A stretch of 32,000 bases of DNA from Geotalea daltonii FRC-32 (GCF_000022265.1 NC_011979.1:870001-902000); one strand, 5' to 3'. Shown: positions 1 through 7,723, counted from the first letter of the stretch. Numbers and translations are program-made. The notes: generated by a model not told the origin, from the sequence alone.

Positions 1-150
1 ACGACTCCTCTTGCTCCGCTCAAATCAAAAGGCGTGCTAAAGGGGCTCTTTGACAAGGTATATGAGCAGAAGTTGCTGGCGGCCTCTGATTTACGCCGTA
101 GTCTCAGGGTGCGACAGGTTGAACAGTCATTCGAATCGGCGGGGCTGTAA
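1..150 (+). CDS. 3' end of an unidentified CDS entering from upstream (partial)
   Basis: Frame 1 is open from base 1 to TAA at 148-150 (...VRQVEQSFESAGL*). The stop overlaps the next gene's ATG (TAATG, 148-152), which suggests translational coupling. It is too short to name. Confidence 0.4.
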   Translation, partial: TTPLAPLKSKGVLKGLFDKVYEQKLLAASDLRRSLRVRQVEQSFESAGL

Positions 151-1592
151 TGGAGCAGATTGAAAAGCCTCTAAAGATCGACCGCCGCCCCATGTGGCTG
201 ATTTTGGCCGACCGCACCTTGCACTACCAGGTCTTTGCCGGACTGATCATCCTCTGTACGGTGCTGTTTCAGCTGAAGCCTCCTCAGGGGCTTTCAGTGG
301 AAGGCTACCACGCCATGATCCTTTTCGGCGCCACCATCTTCCTTTGGGTTTCCAGTTTGCTGCCCCTGGCGGTGACCTCCCTGCTGGCCATGGCCATGAT
401 ACCGCTGCTCGGCATCATGGAAGCGAAAAAGACCTATGCCTTGTTCGGCAACGAGGCAGTCTTCTTCATTCTGGGAGCCTTCATCATGGCCGCCGCCATG
501 AGCGGCACAGGTCTTTCGTCCCGCTTGGCACGGGCAATGCTGGCTCGCTTCGGCAGCACCCCAAAAAAGCTGGGCCTGACCGTCTACCTTCTCAGCGCCT
601 TTCTCTCCTTCTGTATGAGCGAACATGCGGTGGCCGCCATGATGTTCCCCATCGTGGTGGAAATAAGCGGCAGTCTGGGGCTGCAGAGCGAAAAGAACAG
701 CTACGGCAAATTGCTTTTCATGAGCATCGGCTGGGGCTGTGTCATCGGTGGCATCGCCACCTTTCTCGGCGGAGCCCGTGCGCCGTTGGCGGTAGGAATG
801 CTTCGGGAGAGTACTGGCCTGGATTTCTCCTTCTTCGAATGGACCATGGCAGCCATCATGATTGTCCTTCCGCTGCTGGTGATCGGCTACCTTCTGCTGC
901 TCTGGCTATTTCCCCAGGACATTGACAGTGTTGACGAAGGGCTCAGGTTTCTCAACCGTAAGCGATTGGAAGTGGGCCGAATGAGTTATGACGAGATAAT
1001 TGTCGCTGTGGTGACGGTCATCACCATTCTTGCCTGGGTATTTCTCGGTAAACAGCTGGGGCTTGCAAGCATTGCCACCCTGGCGGTGGTCGCTCTTTTT
1101 GCCTGTCGGGTGGTGTCATGGCAGAGCATCGAGGAGTATGTGAACTGGGGCGTGATCCTCATGTACGGCGGGGCCATTGCCATTGCTTCAGCCCTGGAAA
1201 AGACCGGCGCTGCACAATGGCTGGCCGGCCAAGCCCTGGCAGGTCTTAATGACTCTCCCTTTCTGGTCATCACCGTCATGTCGCTGATCTCACTGCTGCT
1301 TACCGAATGTATAAGCAATGCGGCGGTGATCGCCATCCTCCTGCCCATCGGCATCAGCCTGTCCAAATCCATGGGAATGGATCCGCGGGTGATGACCCTG
1401 GCAGTGGCCCTTCCCGCTGGCCTTGCTTATTGTCTGCCCATGGGGACCCCGGCTAACGCCATCGTTTTTTCTTCAGGCTTCCTCAAAAGCAGGGAGATGA
1501 TCCTGCCGGGAATGCTGATCATGGCCATATCGTGGCTGCTGTTTCTCGCTTCGGCCTGGCTGGTCTGGCCGCTGATCGGCTTCAGGATATGA
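150..1592 (+). CDS. SLC13/DASS-family anion:Na+ symporter; putative sulfate permease by context
   Basis: 480-aa polytopic membrane protein. It carries the duplicated DASS-type motifs SNAAVIAILLPIG and LPMGTPANAIVF. It lies directly upstream of cysH-cysD-cysN. Confidence 0.85.
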   Translation: MEQIEKPLKIDRRPMWLILADRTLHYQVFAGLIILCTVLFQLKPPQGLSVEGYHAMILFGATIFLWVSSLLPLAVTSLLAMAMIPLLGIMEAKKTYALFGNEAVFFILGAFIMAAAMSGTGLSSRLARAMLARFGSTPKKLGLTVYLLSAFLSFCMSEHAVAAMMFPIVVEISGSLGLQSEKNSYGKLLFMSIGWGCVIGGIATFLGGARAPLAVGMLRESTGLDFSFFEWTMAAIMIVLPLLVIGYLLLLWLFPQDIDSVDEGLRFLNRKRLEVGRMSYDEIIVAVVTVITILAWVFLGKQLGLASIATLAVVALFACRVVSWQSIEEYVNWGVILMYGGAIAIASALEKTGAAQWLAGQALAGLNDSPFLVITVMSLISLLLTECISNAAVIAILLPIGISLSKSMGMDPRVMTLAVALPAGLAYCLPMGTPANAIVFSSGFLKSREMILPGMLIMAISWLLFLASAWLVWPLIGFRI

Positions 1593-1601
1593 CGATTGTA
1601 G

Positions 1602-1661
1602 GGGCGCTGTTTGCCGCGCCCGGTTTTTCACCAGCAATAATGGGCGCGGCAAGCAGCGCCC
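1602..1661 (+). other. 20-bp-stem hairpin between the permease stop and the cysH RBS
   Basis: GGGCGCTGTTTGCCGCGCCC (1602-1621) pairs with GGGCGCGGCAAGCAGCGCCC (1642-1661) around a 20-nt loop. The single non-Watson-Crick position is a G.U wobble on the + strand RNA and an A.C mismatch on the other strand. No U-tract follows. Confidence 0.6.
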
Positions 1662-1676
1662 TTACGAGGATGCACC

Positions 1677-2366
1677 ATGACACAGATCCCTGTACTATCA
1701 GACGCCACTCCGGAGGAAATACTCAAGGCCGGCTATGGAGCCACCGGAGGCAACATCGCCCTGGCCTGCTCCTTTTCCGTGGAAGATGTGGTCATCATCG
1801 ACATGGCCCAGGCCCTATCCTTGCCCCTGCGCGTGTTCGCCCTGGATACGGGACGTCTCCACGAGGAGACCTACGAGGTTGCCGATGCCCTCACTGAGCG
1901 CTACCGGATCAAGATCGACTGGTATTATCCCCGCCATGAAGCGGTTGAGCAGCTTTTGCGGGAAAAAGGTACCTTCTCCTTCCGCGAATCCCTTGAGAAC
2001 CGCCACGAGTGCTGTCATATCCGCAAGGTGGAGCCATTAGGCAGGGCTCTGAAAGGGCTTGACGGCTGGATCACCGGCCTTCGTCGGGAGCAAAGCACGA
2101 CCCGTACCGGTCTTGCCCCCATTGAAACGGACACCACCAACGGCGGCATCATCAAGGTAAACCCGCTCCTGGAATGGACGGAAGAGCAGGTCTGGTCCTA
2201 CGCCAAGTTCCGGCGCATCCCCACCAACCGACTGCACAGCCAGGGCTATCCATCCATCGGCTGCGCCCCCTGTACCCGGCCGGTTGCACCGGGGGAGCAT
2301 CCACGCGCAGGGCGGTGGTGGTGGGAGAATCCGGAACATAAGGAATGTGGCCTGCACCGTAGGTGA
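1677..2366 (+). CDS. cysH: Adenylylsulfate (APS)/PAPS reductase, thioredoxin-dependent, Fe-S type
   Basis: 229 aa with a PAPS_reduct fold. Cys pairs ECCHIRK and SIGCAPCTRP match the CC...CxxC cluster ligands typical of APS-specific CysH. C-terminal ECGLH motif present. GAGGA RBS at 1666-1670. Confidence 0.9.
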   Translation: MTQIPVLSDATPEEILKAGYGATGGNIALACSFSVEDVVIIDMAQALSLPLRVFALDTGRLHEETYEVADALTERYRIKIDWYYPRHEAVEQLLREKGTFSFRESLENRHECCHIRKVEPLGRALKGLDGWITGLRREQSTTRTGLAPIETDTTNGGIIKVNPLLEWTEEQVWSYAKFRRIPTNRLHSQGYPSIGCAPCTRPVAPGEHPRAGRWWWENPEHKECGLHRR

Positions 2367-2394
2367 AGACAGGCAACAAACCATAAGGCAAATT

Positions 2395-2498
2395 GGACGC
2401 GGAAAAATCTGAAAAATCAGATCAAGGCGGATTTAAAAGCGTGGTTTTTGCTTCAAAAGATCTGTAGTTATCTGCTTTTTCCGCCTTTCCCGCGTCCC
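2395..2498 (+). repeat. ~104-bp hairpin repeat, same family as the four copies at 7050-7970
   Basis: Starts GGACGCGGAAA and ends TTTCCCGCGTCCC, forming a terminal inverted repeat. It shares the internal blocks GGCGGATTTAAAA and GGTTTTTGCTT with copies at 7050-7970, in the same orientation. Confidence 0.6.
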
Positions 2499-2557
2499 CT
2501 TAAGGTTTTAGGCTTTTTTGCTGAAGTTCCGGCTTGTCCAGTTTTGGAGGAAAGATA

Positions 2558-3463
2558 ATGAGCAAGACCCTGACTCATCTGCAGCAGCTTGAAGCCGAAA
2601 GTATCCACATCATACGTGAAGTGGTCGCCGAATTTGCCAACCCGGTGATGCTCTACTCCATCGGCAAGGACTCGGCGGTCATGCTGCACCTGGCACGCAA
2701 GGCCTTTTATCCGGCGCCGCCCCCCTTTCCGCTCCTGCACGTGGATACTACCTGGAAATTCCGCGAGATGATCCAGTTCAGAGACCGGATGGCTGCCGAA
2801 TGCGGTCTCGACCTGATCGTTCATGTGAATGAAGAAGGTGTAAAAAATGGCATCTCCCCCTTCACCCACGGCTCGGCCCTCTACACCGACGTGATGAAGA
2901 CCGAGGGGCTGAAGCAGGCCCTGGACAAGTACAAGTTCGACGCCGCCTTCGGCGGAGCTCGCCGGGATGAGGAAAAATCCCGGGCCAAGGAACGGATCTT
3001 CTCCTTCCGCTCTGCCAACCACCGCTGGGACCCGAAGAACCAGCGCCCGGAGTTGTGGAACCTCTACAACACCAGGATCAAGCCGGGGGAGAGCATCCGG
3101 GTCTTCCCGCTGTCCAACTGGACCGAGCTGGATGTCTGGCAGTACATCCACCTGGAGAACATTCCCATCGTGCCCCTCTACTACGCCGCGGTCCGGCCGG
3201 TGGTGGAGCGGGACGGCATGCTCATCATGGTGGACGACGATCGCCTGGAGCTGAAACCGGGGGAAACGGTGCAGCACAAGTCGGTCCGCTTCCGCACCCT
3301 GGGGTGCTACCCTCTCACCGGTGCGGTGGAGTCAACCGCCGACACCCTGCCGCAGATCATCCAGGAAATGCTCCTCACCCGCACATCCGAGCGCCAGGGC
3401 AGGCTGATCGATCATGACCAGGCAGGCTCGATGGAGAAGAAAAAACAAGAAGGCTATTTCTAG
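2558..3463 (+). CDS. cysD: Sulfate adenylyltransferase subunit 2
   Basis: [22 protein letters not shown]... closely resembles the N-terminus I recall for enterobacterial CysD. The ATG at 2558 has a GGAGG RBS at 2546-2550, so the ORF-track start at 2534 is probably too early. Confidence 0.95.
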   Translation: MSKTLTHLQQLEAESIHIIREVVAEFANPVMLYSIGKDSAVMLHLARKAFYPAPPPFPLLHVDTTWKFREMIQFRDRMAAECGLDLIVHVNEEGVKNGISPFTHGSALYTDVMKTEGLKQALDKYKFDAAFGGARRDEEKSRAKERIFSFRSANHRWDPKNQRPELWNLYNTRIKPGESIRVFPLSNWTELDVWQYIHLENIPIVPLYYAAVRPVVERDGMLIMVDDDRLELKPGETVQHKSVRFRTLGCYPLTGAVESTADTLPQIIQEMLLTRTSERQGRLIDHDQAGSMEKKKQEGYF

Positions 3464-3464
3464 G

Positions 3465-3586
3465 AAGAAACGCCGCTTTTCCGCCCTGGCTGCGTAAGTC
3501 TTCGGCTTCGGTTGTGCGACGTAGCGCTGCTACGTCTCCGCCCTCCGCCTCGACAGCCTTGCCAGGACAAAAAATCGACGTTTCTT
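3465..3586. repeat. ~122-bp imperfect palindrome filling the cysD-cysN gap
   Basis: Outer arms 3465-3490 and 3561-3586 are complementary at 21 of 26 positions. At the centre is a perfect 8-bp hairpin, GACGTAGC-GCT-GCTACGTC (3518-3536). Confidence 0.5.
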
Positions 3587-3599
3587 AGGTGGAAGGGTT

Positions 3600-5276
3600 A
3601 TGGCACATCAATCGGATTTGATTGAAAAAGATATTCTCGCTTATCTCAAAAGTCAGGAAGAGAAGTCGCTCCTGCGCTTCATCACTTGCGGCAGCGTGGA
3701 CGACGGCAAGAGCACCCTTATCGGGCGGCTTTTGTGGGATTCCAAGATGGTCTTCGAGGACCAGTTGGCGGCGCTGGAGGTGGATAGTAAGAAAGTCGGC
3801 ACCCAGGGGGGCGCCATCGACTACGCACTGCTCCTGGACGGCCTGCAGGCTGAGCGGGAGCAGGGAATCACCATCGACGTGGCTTATCGCTTCTTCTCCA
3901 CCGACCGGCGCAAGTTCATCGTTGCCGACACTCCCGGTCACGAGCAGTATACCCGCAACATGGTTACCGGCGCCTCCACGGCCCAGGTGGCCGTGATACT
4001 GGTGGACGCCCGCAAGGGGCTCCTGACCCAGACCCGGCGCCACAGCTACCTGGTCTCCCTGGTGGGCATTCGTCACGTGATGCTGGCCATCAACAAGATG
4101 GACCTCATCGATTTCGACCGGGAGCGGTATGAGTCGATCATACGAGATTACCAGGAGTTCGCCGCGACCCTCGGGTTTGCCTCCATTACCGCCATTCCCA
4201 TCTCGGCTTTGAACGGCGACAATATCATCGAAAAGAGCGCCAACACCCCGTGGTATTACGGTCCAACGCTGATGAATTATCTGGAGACCGTGCGGGTCGA
4301 GGATGACACCCAGGAACAGCCGTTCCGGCTGCCGGTCCAGTGGGTCAACCGCCCCCATCTGGATTTCCGCGGCTTCTGCGGCACCATCGCCGCAGGCACC
4401 GTTCGCCCGGGGGATGAAGTCAAGGTCGCTTCAAACGGCCGCACGAGCCGCGTGGCCCGGATCGTCACCATGAACGGCGACCTTCCGCAAGCCGTGGCCG
4501 GCCAAGCTGTAACCCTGACCCTCGCTGACGAGATCGATATCAGCAGGGGTGACATGCTGTCAGCGACCGATGCGCCGCCCCGTCTTTCCCGGCACCCGGA
4601 GGCCCACCTGGTCTGGATGCACGATGAACCCCTGCAGCCGGGAAAGGTCTACCTGATGAAGACCGCCAGCGCCGTAACTCCCAGCCGGGTTACCCGCGTG
4701 CAGTTTGCGGTAGATGTCAACTCTCTGGAACAGAAACAGGTGCCGACACTGGGGCTGAACGGCATCGGCGTGGTTCGTCTGGAACTGGACCGTCCCGTTG
4801 CCTTCGATCCCTATCGGCATAACCGGGAGACCGGCAGTTTCATCCTCATCGATCGGTTCACCAATGCCACTGTGGCGGCAGGCATGGTGATCTCGGTTGC
4901 GCCGCTGGAGTCGCAGGGTCAGCCGACCGAACTGGATGCCAGCTCCCCGGACACGGTTGGGCTTCTCCCCCGGCGTTTCATCCTGACGGAATTTTCCCTG
5001 AGCGGTGCGGAACCGGGTGTGGCTGATTTCACGACGGAACGTGGACCCATTGAATTCCAGGTATCGGAGAGTTTTCTCGACTATCTCGGCAAGGGCAACC
5101 GGATTCTCTTCAGGCTTAGGGATGTGGGGCAACTGGAACCGGTGGCCCGGATGGCCTATGAGCACAGGCTCAACTTCGAGTTCGGCCGTGACCGGGACCG
5201 GGTCAATGTGCTTCTCTACCGCGATCAGCAGAGTTCCGTTGTTCTTCCCGGACAGGTGGACGGCGGTGGGTTGTAG
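3600..5276 (+). CDS. cysN: Sulfate adenylyltransferase subunit 1 (GTPase) with a non-kinase C-terminal extension
   Basis: G-domain motifs GSVDDGKST, DTPGH and NKMD, followed by EF-Tu-like domains II and III. About 120 extra C-terminal residues have no P-loop. Confidence 0.9.
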   Translation: MAHQSDLIEKDILAYLKSQEEKSLLRFITCGSVDDGKSTLIGRLLWDSKMVFEDQLAALEVDSKKVGTQGGAIDYALLLDGLQAEREQGITIDVAYRFFSTDRRKFIVADTPGHEQYTRNMVTGASTAQVAVILVDARKGLLTQTRRHSYLVSLVGIRHVMLAINKMDLIDFDRERYESIIRDYQEFAATLGFASITAIPISALNGDNIIEKSANTPWYYGPTLMNYLETVRVEDDTQEQPFRLPVQWVNRPHLDFRGFCGTIAAGTVRPGDEVKVASNGRTSRVARIVTMNGDLPQAVAGQAVTLTLADEIDISRGDMLSATDAPPRLSRHPEAHLVWMHDEPLQPGKVYLMKTASAVTPSRVTRVQFAVDVNSLEQKQVPTLGLNGIGVVRLELDRPVAFDPYRHNRETGSFILIDRFTNATVAAGMVISVAPLESQGQPTELDASSPDTVGLLPRRFILTEFSLSGAEPGVADFTTERGPIEFQVSESFLDYLGKGNRILFRLRDVGQLEPVARMAYEHRLNFEFGRDRDRVNVLLYRDQQSSVVLPGQVDGGGL

Positions 5277-5317
5277 AGGACATTTTCGTCTGATCGTTTT
5301 TCGAACCGCTAAAAACG

Positions 5318-5351
5318 AAAGAGGCCGCATCCACGGGGATGCGGCCTCTTT
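5318..5351. terminator. Bidirectional rho-independent terminator between convergent cysN and the XRE gene
   Basis: Perfect 15-bp stem AAAGAGGCCGCATCC / GGATGCGGCCTCTTT with loop ACGG. It is A-rich on the 5' side and T-rich on the 3' side. Confidence 0.8.
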
Positions 5352-5374
5352 GTCATTTGTGCAGGGTAATCGGT

Positions 5375-5827
5375 TTACTTTCTGTAGCTGGTCATTGTTT
5401 CCGCCGCCAAAAGGCAGTCCGCCGATTCTTGTTCAGTTTCTTCACCCTGATCACTCTTTGTCGTCTTCCTGTGCCTGCCCAGCACCTTAATGATCTCGAT
5501 TAAAAGGGGGAAATCCTCTTTGTCTACAAGCTTCAATGCCTTTACAAGTTGGCGCCCCGTTTCCTCGCTGATCAGGTAACGCAACTCCGAAGAGGCTATA
5601 TCGCTGGCTGCAGCAAACAATTCGTCCTGGAAAAAGGAAGCGACCGGAACGGAAAGGGCGTCGCTGATCTTCAGCAGTATCTTCAGCGACGGCAGCTGCT
5701 CTCCCCGCTCAATCTTGCCGATGTAGGTATAATCCAGGCCGCCGCTGACCATAACCGCCAACTCTTTCTGGGTAAGGCTCCTCTCCATCCGCAACATCTT
5801 CAGCCTGCTACCGATCTTTAGCTTCAA
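5375..5827 (-). CDS. XRE-family HTH transcriptional regulator
   Basis: The N-terminus IGSRLKMLRMERSLTQKELAVMV...YIGKIERGEQLPSLKILLKISDAL is a classic Cro/C1 HTH. TTG start with an AAGGAG RBS 6 nt upstream. Confidence 0.85.
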   Translation of the reverse strand: MKLKIGSRLKMLRMERSLTQKELAVMVSGGLDYTYIGKIERGEQLPSLKILLKISDALSVPVASFFQDELFAAASDIASSELRYLISEETGRQLVKALKLVDKEDFPLLIEIIKVLGRHRKTTKSDQGEETEQESADCLLAAETMTSYRK

Positions 5828-5935
5828 CCGTGGCTCCTTAAATTTTTCCAGTAAAATCGCTCCCCTGTATAACGTTATTTCCTCGTCATGTCAATTGCCA
5901 TTGCTGTTCAATGGGACATATTGTCATATTATGTG

Positions 5936-5964
5936 TTGACATAAAGGAATATTTAGCCTATTTA
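5936..5964 (+). promoter_or_regulatory. Candidate sigma70 promoter for the 5990 gene
   Basis: TTGACA (5936-5941), a 17-nt spacer, then TATTTA (5959-5964). It lies ~25 nt upstream of the GTG start and its AAGGAGG RBS (5978-5984). Confidence 0.4.
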
Positions 5965-5989
5965 TTTAAAAAAAACAAAGGAGGCAGGC

Positions 5990-6286
5990 GTGGACAAGTT
6001 CCGGATATTGAGAAGCGTTGAAAGTTCAACCTTCCAGCGTCTGGAGCCCGAGGAATTACGCGTCTATCTCCTGCTGTTGGCAAACAGTGGCAAAAACGGA
6101 AGAGGGACCATCAACGGCAGATCCCTGCGGAAAGCAGCCGGCACCCACTTGTCCCGCAAAAAAATCGCCGAAATGTGCGAAACCCTGCGGGAGCATGGCC
6201 TGCTCCAAGGAGTTCTGCTCTTGCCCCACGACCCTGCCGAACACGATCTGGTGCTGCGATACGGCATTGCCGACCCTTGCGGCTGA
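5990..6286 (+). CDS. Small hypothetical protein, winged-helix-like
   Basis: 98 aa with a GTG start behind a strong RBS and the candidate promoter. The pattern LEPEELRVYLLLLANSG...LSRKKIAEMCETLREHGLL looks like a wHTH. No family assigned. Confidence 0.5.
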   Translation: MDKFRILRSVESSTFQRLEPEELRVYLLLLANSGKNGRGTINGRSLRKAAGTHLSRKKIAEMCETLREHGLLQGVLLLPHDPAEHDLVLRYGIADPCG

Positions 6287-6302
6287 CAGAGATGGAGAAA
6301 AC

Positions 6303-6725
6303 ATGAAAGATAGTGGAATACTGTTTGTGGACGACGATATCCTGTTTCTTGCCCTTCTGAGGGAGTGTTTCATGCAACGGGGAATCGTCATTCAGTGCGC
6401 CGAGAACGGCGAGGACGCCCTGCAGATGATTCAGCAGAGGCCTTTTGCATTACTGCTGACCGATCTGCAGATGCCGGGGATGGATGGCCTGGAACTGGCC
6501 GGGAAAGCACGGAAACTTATGCCGGACCTCCCTATCGTCCTGTGCACCGGTGCCGTGACACCAGAGGTGTGTGCCCTGGCCGAGGAGATCGGCATTGCAC
6601 AGGTGGTGCGCAAGCCGATACGCTTTTCCGAACTATTTGCCATAGTAGGGAATATCGTCAGCCTGCAGCAGACAGAAAACCTCCTGAAGATCTCTCCGTT
6701 AGAGGAATCGCTCGCGCCGGCATGA
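6303..6725 (+). CDS. Single-domain response regulator (CheY-like receiver)
   Basis: Starts MKDSGILFVDDDILF. The acidic pocket DD, phospho-acceptor LLLTDLQMPGMDG, conserved T (LCTG) and K (VRKP) are all present, with no output domain. The upstream part of ORF 6018-6725 overlaps the 5990 gene out of frame and is rejected. Confidence 0.85.
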   Translation: MKDSGILFVDDDILFLALLRECFMQRGIVIQCAENGEDALQMIQQRPFALLLTDLQMPGMDGLELAGKARKLMPDLPIVLCTGAVTPEVCALAEEIGIAQVVRKPIRFSELFAIVGNIVSLQQTENLLKISPLEESLAPA

Positions 6726-6936
6726 ATAGTTGACAGAAATCAAACCCAAAAATACAGCCTGTGTGGTGACCTGCCCTCATATAGCGGCCTGCATCTCCGT
6801 GGAGTAGTCCCTCCCTTATCATCCATCCATTATTTGTAAAATAAAAATAATTGGAGAATTATATTCTTAATTAAGTTGTAATCCATTCATCAGTTTTTTA
6901 TATTCCGGATTGCCTTTTGAAATCAAAGAGATAGAA

Positions 6937-6972
6937 GTGTAAAAATTTTTTACACTGTAAAATTTTTTTACA
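6937..6972. promoter_or_regulatory. Two abutting palindromic operator-like sites (TGTAAAA...TTTTACA)
   Basis: GTGTAAAAATTTTTTACAC (6937-6955) has perfect 9-bp arms. TGTAAAA-TTT-TTTTACA (6956-6972) has perfect 7-bp arms. The centres are 18 bp apart, in a ~300-bp AT-rich ORF-free spacer. Confidence 0.4.
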
Positions 6973-7049
6973 CTTTTGATGGTGCTGATGAAATTTTGTG
7001 CACTTTTTGGTGAAGAGCGGACTGCAGGATTAAAGTCAAAAATCTTTAT

Positions 7050-7152
7050 GGGACGCGGATCACGGCGGAAAAGGCGGATTTAAAACCAAGATCAAAGGAC
7101 TTAGGATTTTGGGTTAATGCTTGATCCGCTCTGATCCGCAGTTTCCGCGTCC
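7050..7152 (+). repeat. Hairpin repeat copy A (~103 bp)
   Basis: GGGACGCGGATCACGG...GATCCGCAGTTTCCGCGTCC. It has a 9-bp terminal inverted repeat (GGACGCGGA / TCCGCGTCC) plus internal GCGGAT/ATCCGC blocks. The arms are near-identical to copy C. Confidence 0.8.
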
Positions 7153-7196
7153 AATTCAGGTTTTGAGGATTTTTAAGATTTTAAAGGCTTTTGAAT

Positions 7197-7300
7197 GGGA
7201 CGCGGATAAAGGCGGAAAAGGCGGATTAAACCCAGGATCAAAGACCTAAGGCTTTTGGGGTTTATGCTTGAACCGTTTTGATCCGCAGTTTCCGCGTCCC
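7197..7300 (+). repeat. Hairpin repeat copy B (~104 bp)
   Basis: GGGACGCGGATAAAGG...GATCCGCAGTTTCCGCGTCCC, the same subtype as copy D. It is separated from copy A by a 44-nt AT-rich linker (7153-7196), which recurs with one indel at 7827-7869. Confidence 0.8.
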
Positions 7301-7318
7301 AAATACGAGGTACTGGTT

Positions 7319-7705
7319 TTGGAAAGCTGCCTTAAATACAAAGACTTGACGGAAGCAGTCATAGGCGCTTTTTACCGGGTATACAATGCCCTGGGGTATG
7401 GCTTCCTCGAAAAAGTGTATGAGAATGCCTTGCTGGTCGAACTGAAGAAGCTCGGAATTACTGTTATTTCTCAGCATCCCATTCAGGTCTTCTACGATGG
7501 GAATGTTGTAGGTGAATATTTTGCCGATCTGCTGGTGCAGGATTGCATAATTGTTGAGATAAAAGCTGCCCGAGCCCTGAGTCCGGAGCATGAAGCACAG
7601 CTGTTGAACTATTTGAAGGCAACAAAGATTGAGACCGGGTTGCTGATGAATTTTGGGCCAACGCCGGAGGTAAAGCGAAGGGCCTTTGATAATCAGAGGA
7701 AATGA
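7319..7705 (+). CDS. GxxExxY protein (PD-(D/E)XK nuclease-fold family)
   Basis: Contains the name motif GFLEKVY and a D...VEIK nuclease-like core (ADLLVQDCIIVEIKA), followed by AQLLNYLKATKIETGLLMNF. The preferred start is TTG 7319 (GAGG RBS at 7307-7310). The ORF-track start at 7268 lies inside repeat B. TTG 7346 is an alternative. Confidence 0.8.
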   Translation: MESCLKYKDLTEAVIGAFYRVYNALGYGFLEKVYENALLVELKKLGITVISQHPIQVFYDGNVVGEYFADLLVQDCIIVEIKAARALSPEHEAQLLNYLKATKIETGLLMNFGPTPEVKRRAFDNQRK

Positions 7706-7723
7706 CAGGCTTAAAATCTTTAT

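Noticed and set aside
194-1372. Off-frame and antisense ORFs within the permease gene (194-925 +, 294-626 -, 986-1372 -).
   Set aside because: They overlap a clear DASS-family membrane protein, and their Arg/Gly/His-rich translations have no motifs.
4908-5276. The CysN C-terminal extension as a fused APS kinase (CysNC).
   Set aside because: It is only ~120 aa and has no Walker A/P-loop sequence, so it is treated as an unknown domain instead.
2468-5330. Antisense ORFs over cysD and cysN (2468-3277, 3585-4358, 4560-5330; 256-269 aa each).
   Set aside because: The opposite strand encodes unmistakable CysD and CysN. The antisense translations are featureless, and such ORFs are typical of high-GC coding DNA.
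6018-6302. The 235-aa ORF 6018-6725 as a longer response regulator.
   Set aside because: The first ~95 codons overlap the RBS-supported 5990-6286 gene in another frame and are Cys/Pro/Trp-rich nonsense. The receiver domain begins cleanly at ATG 6303 with its own GGAGA RBS.
6975-7010. Possible sigma54 (-24/-12) promoter near the palindromes (TGGTGCTGATGAAAT, or GTGCACAAAATTTCA on the other strand).
   Set aside because: Neither candidate has the GG and GC dinucleotides at the required spacing. This leaves no support beyond proximity to TGT-N11-ACA sites.
7262-7661. Minus-strand ORFs 7262-7591 (109 aa) and 7464-7661 (65 aa).
   Set aside because: They are antisense to the GxxExxY gene, which carries the family motifs. 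They have no features of their own.
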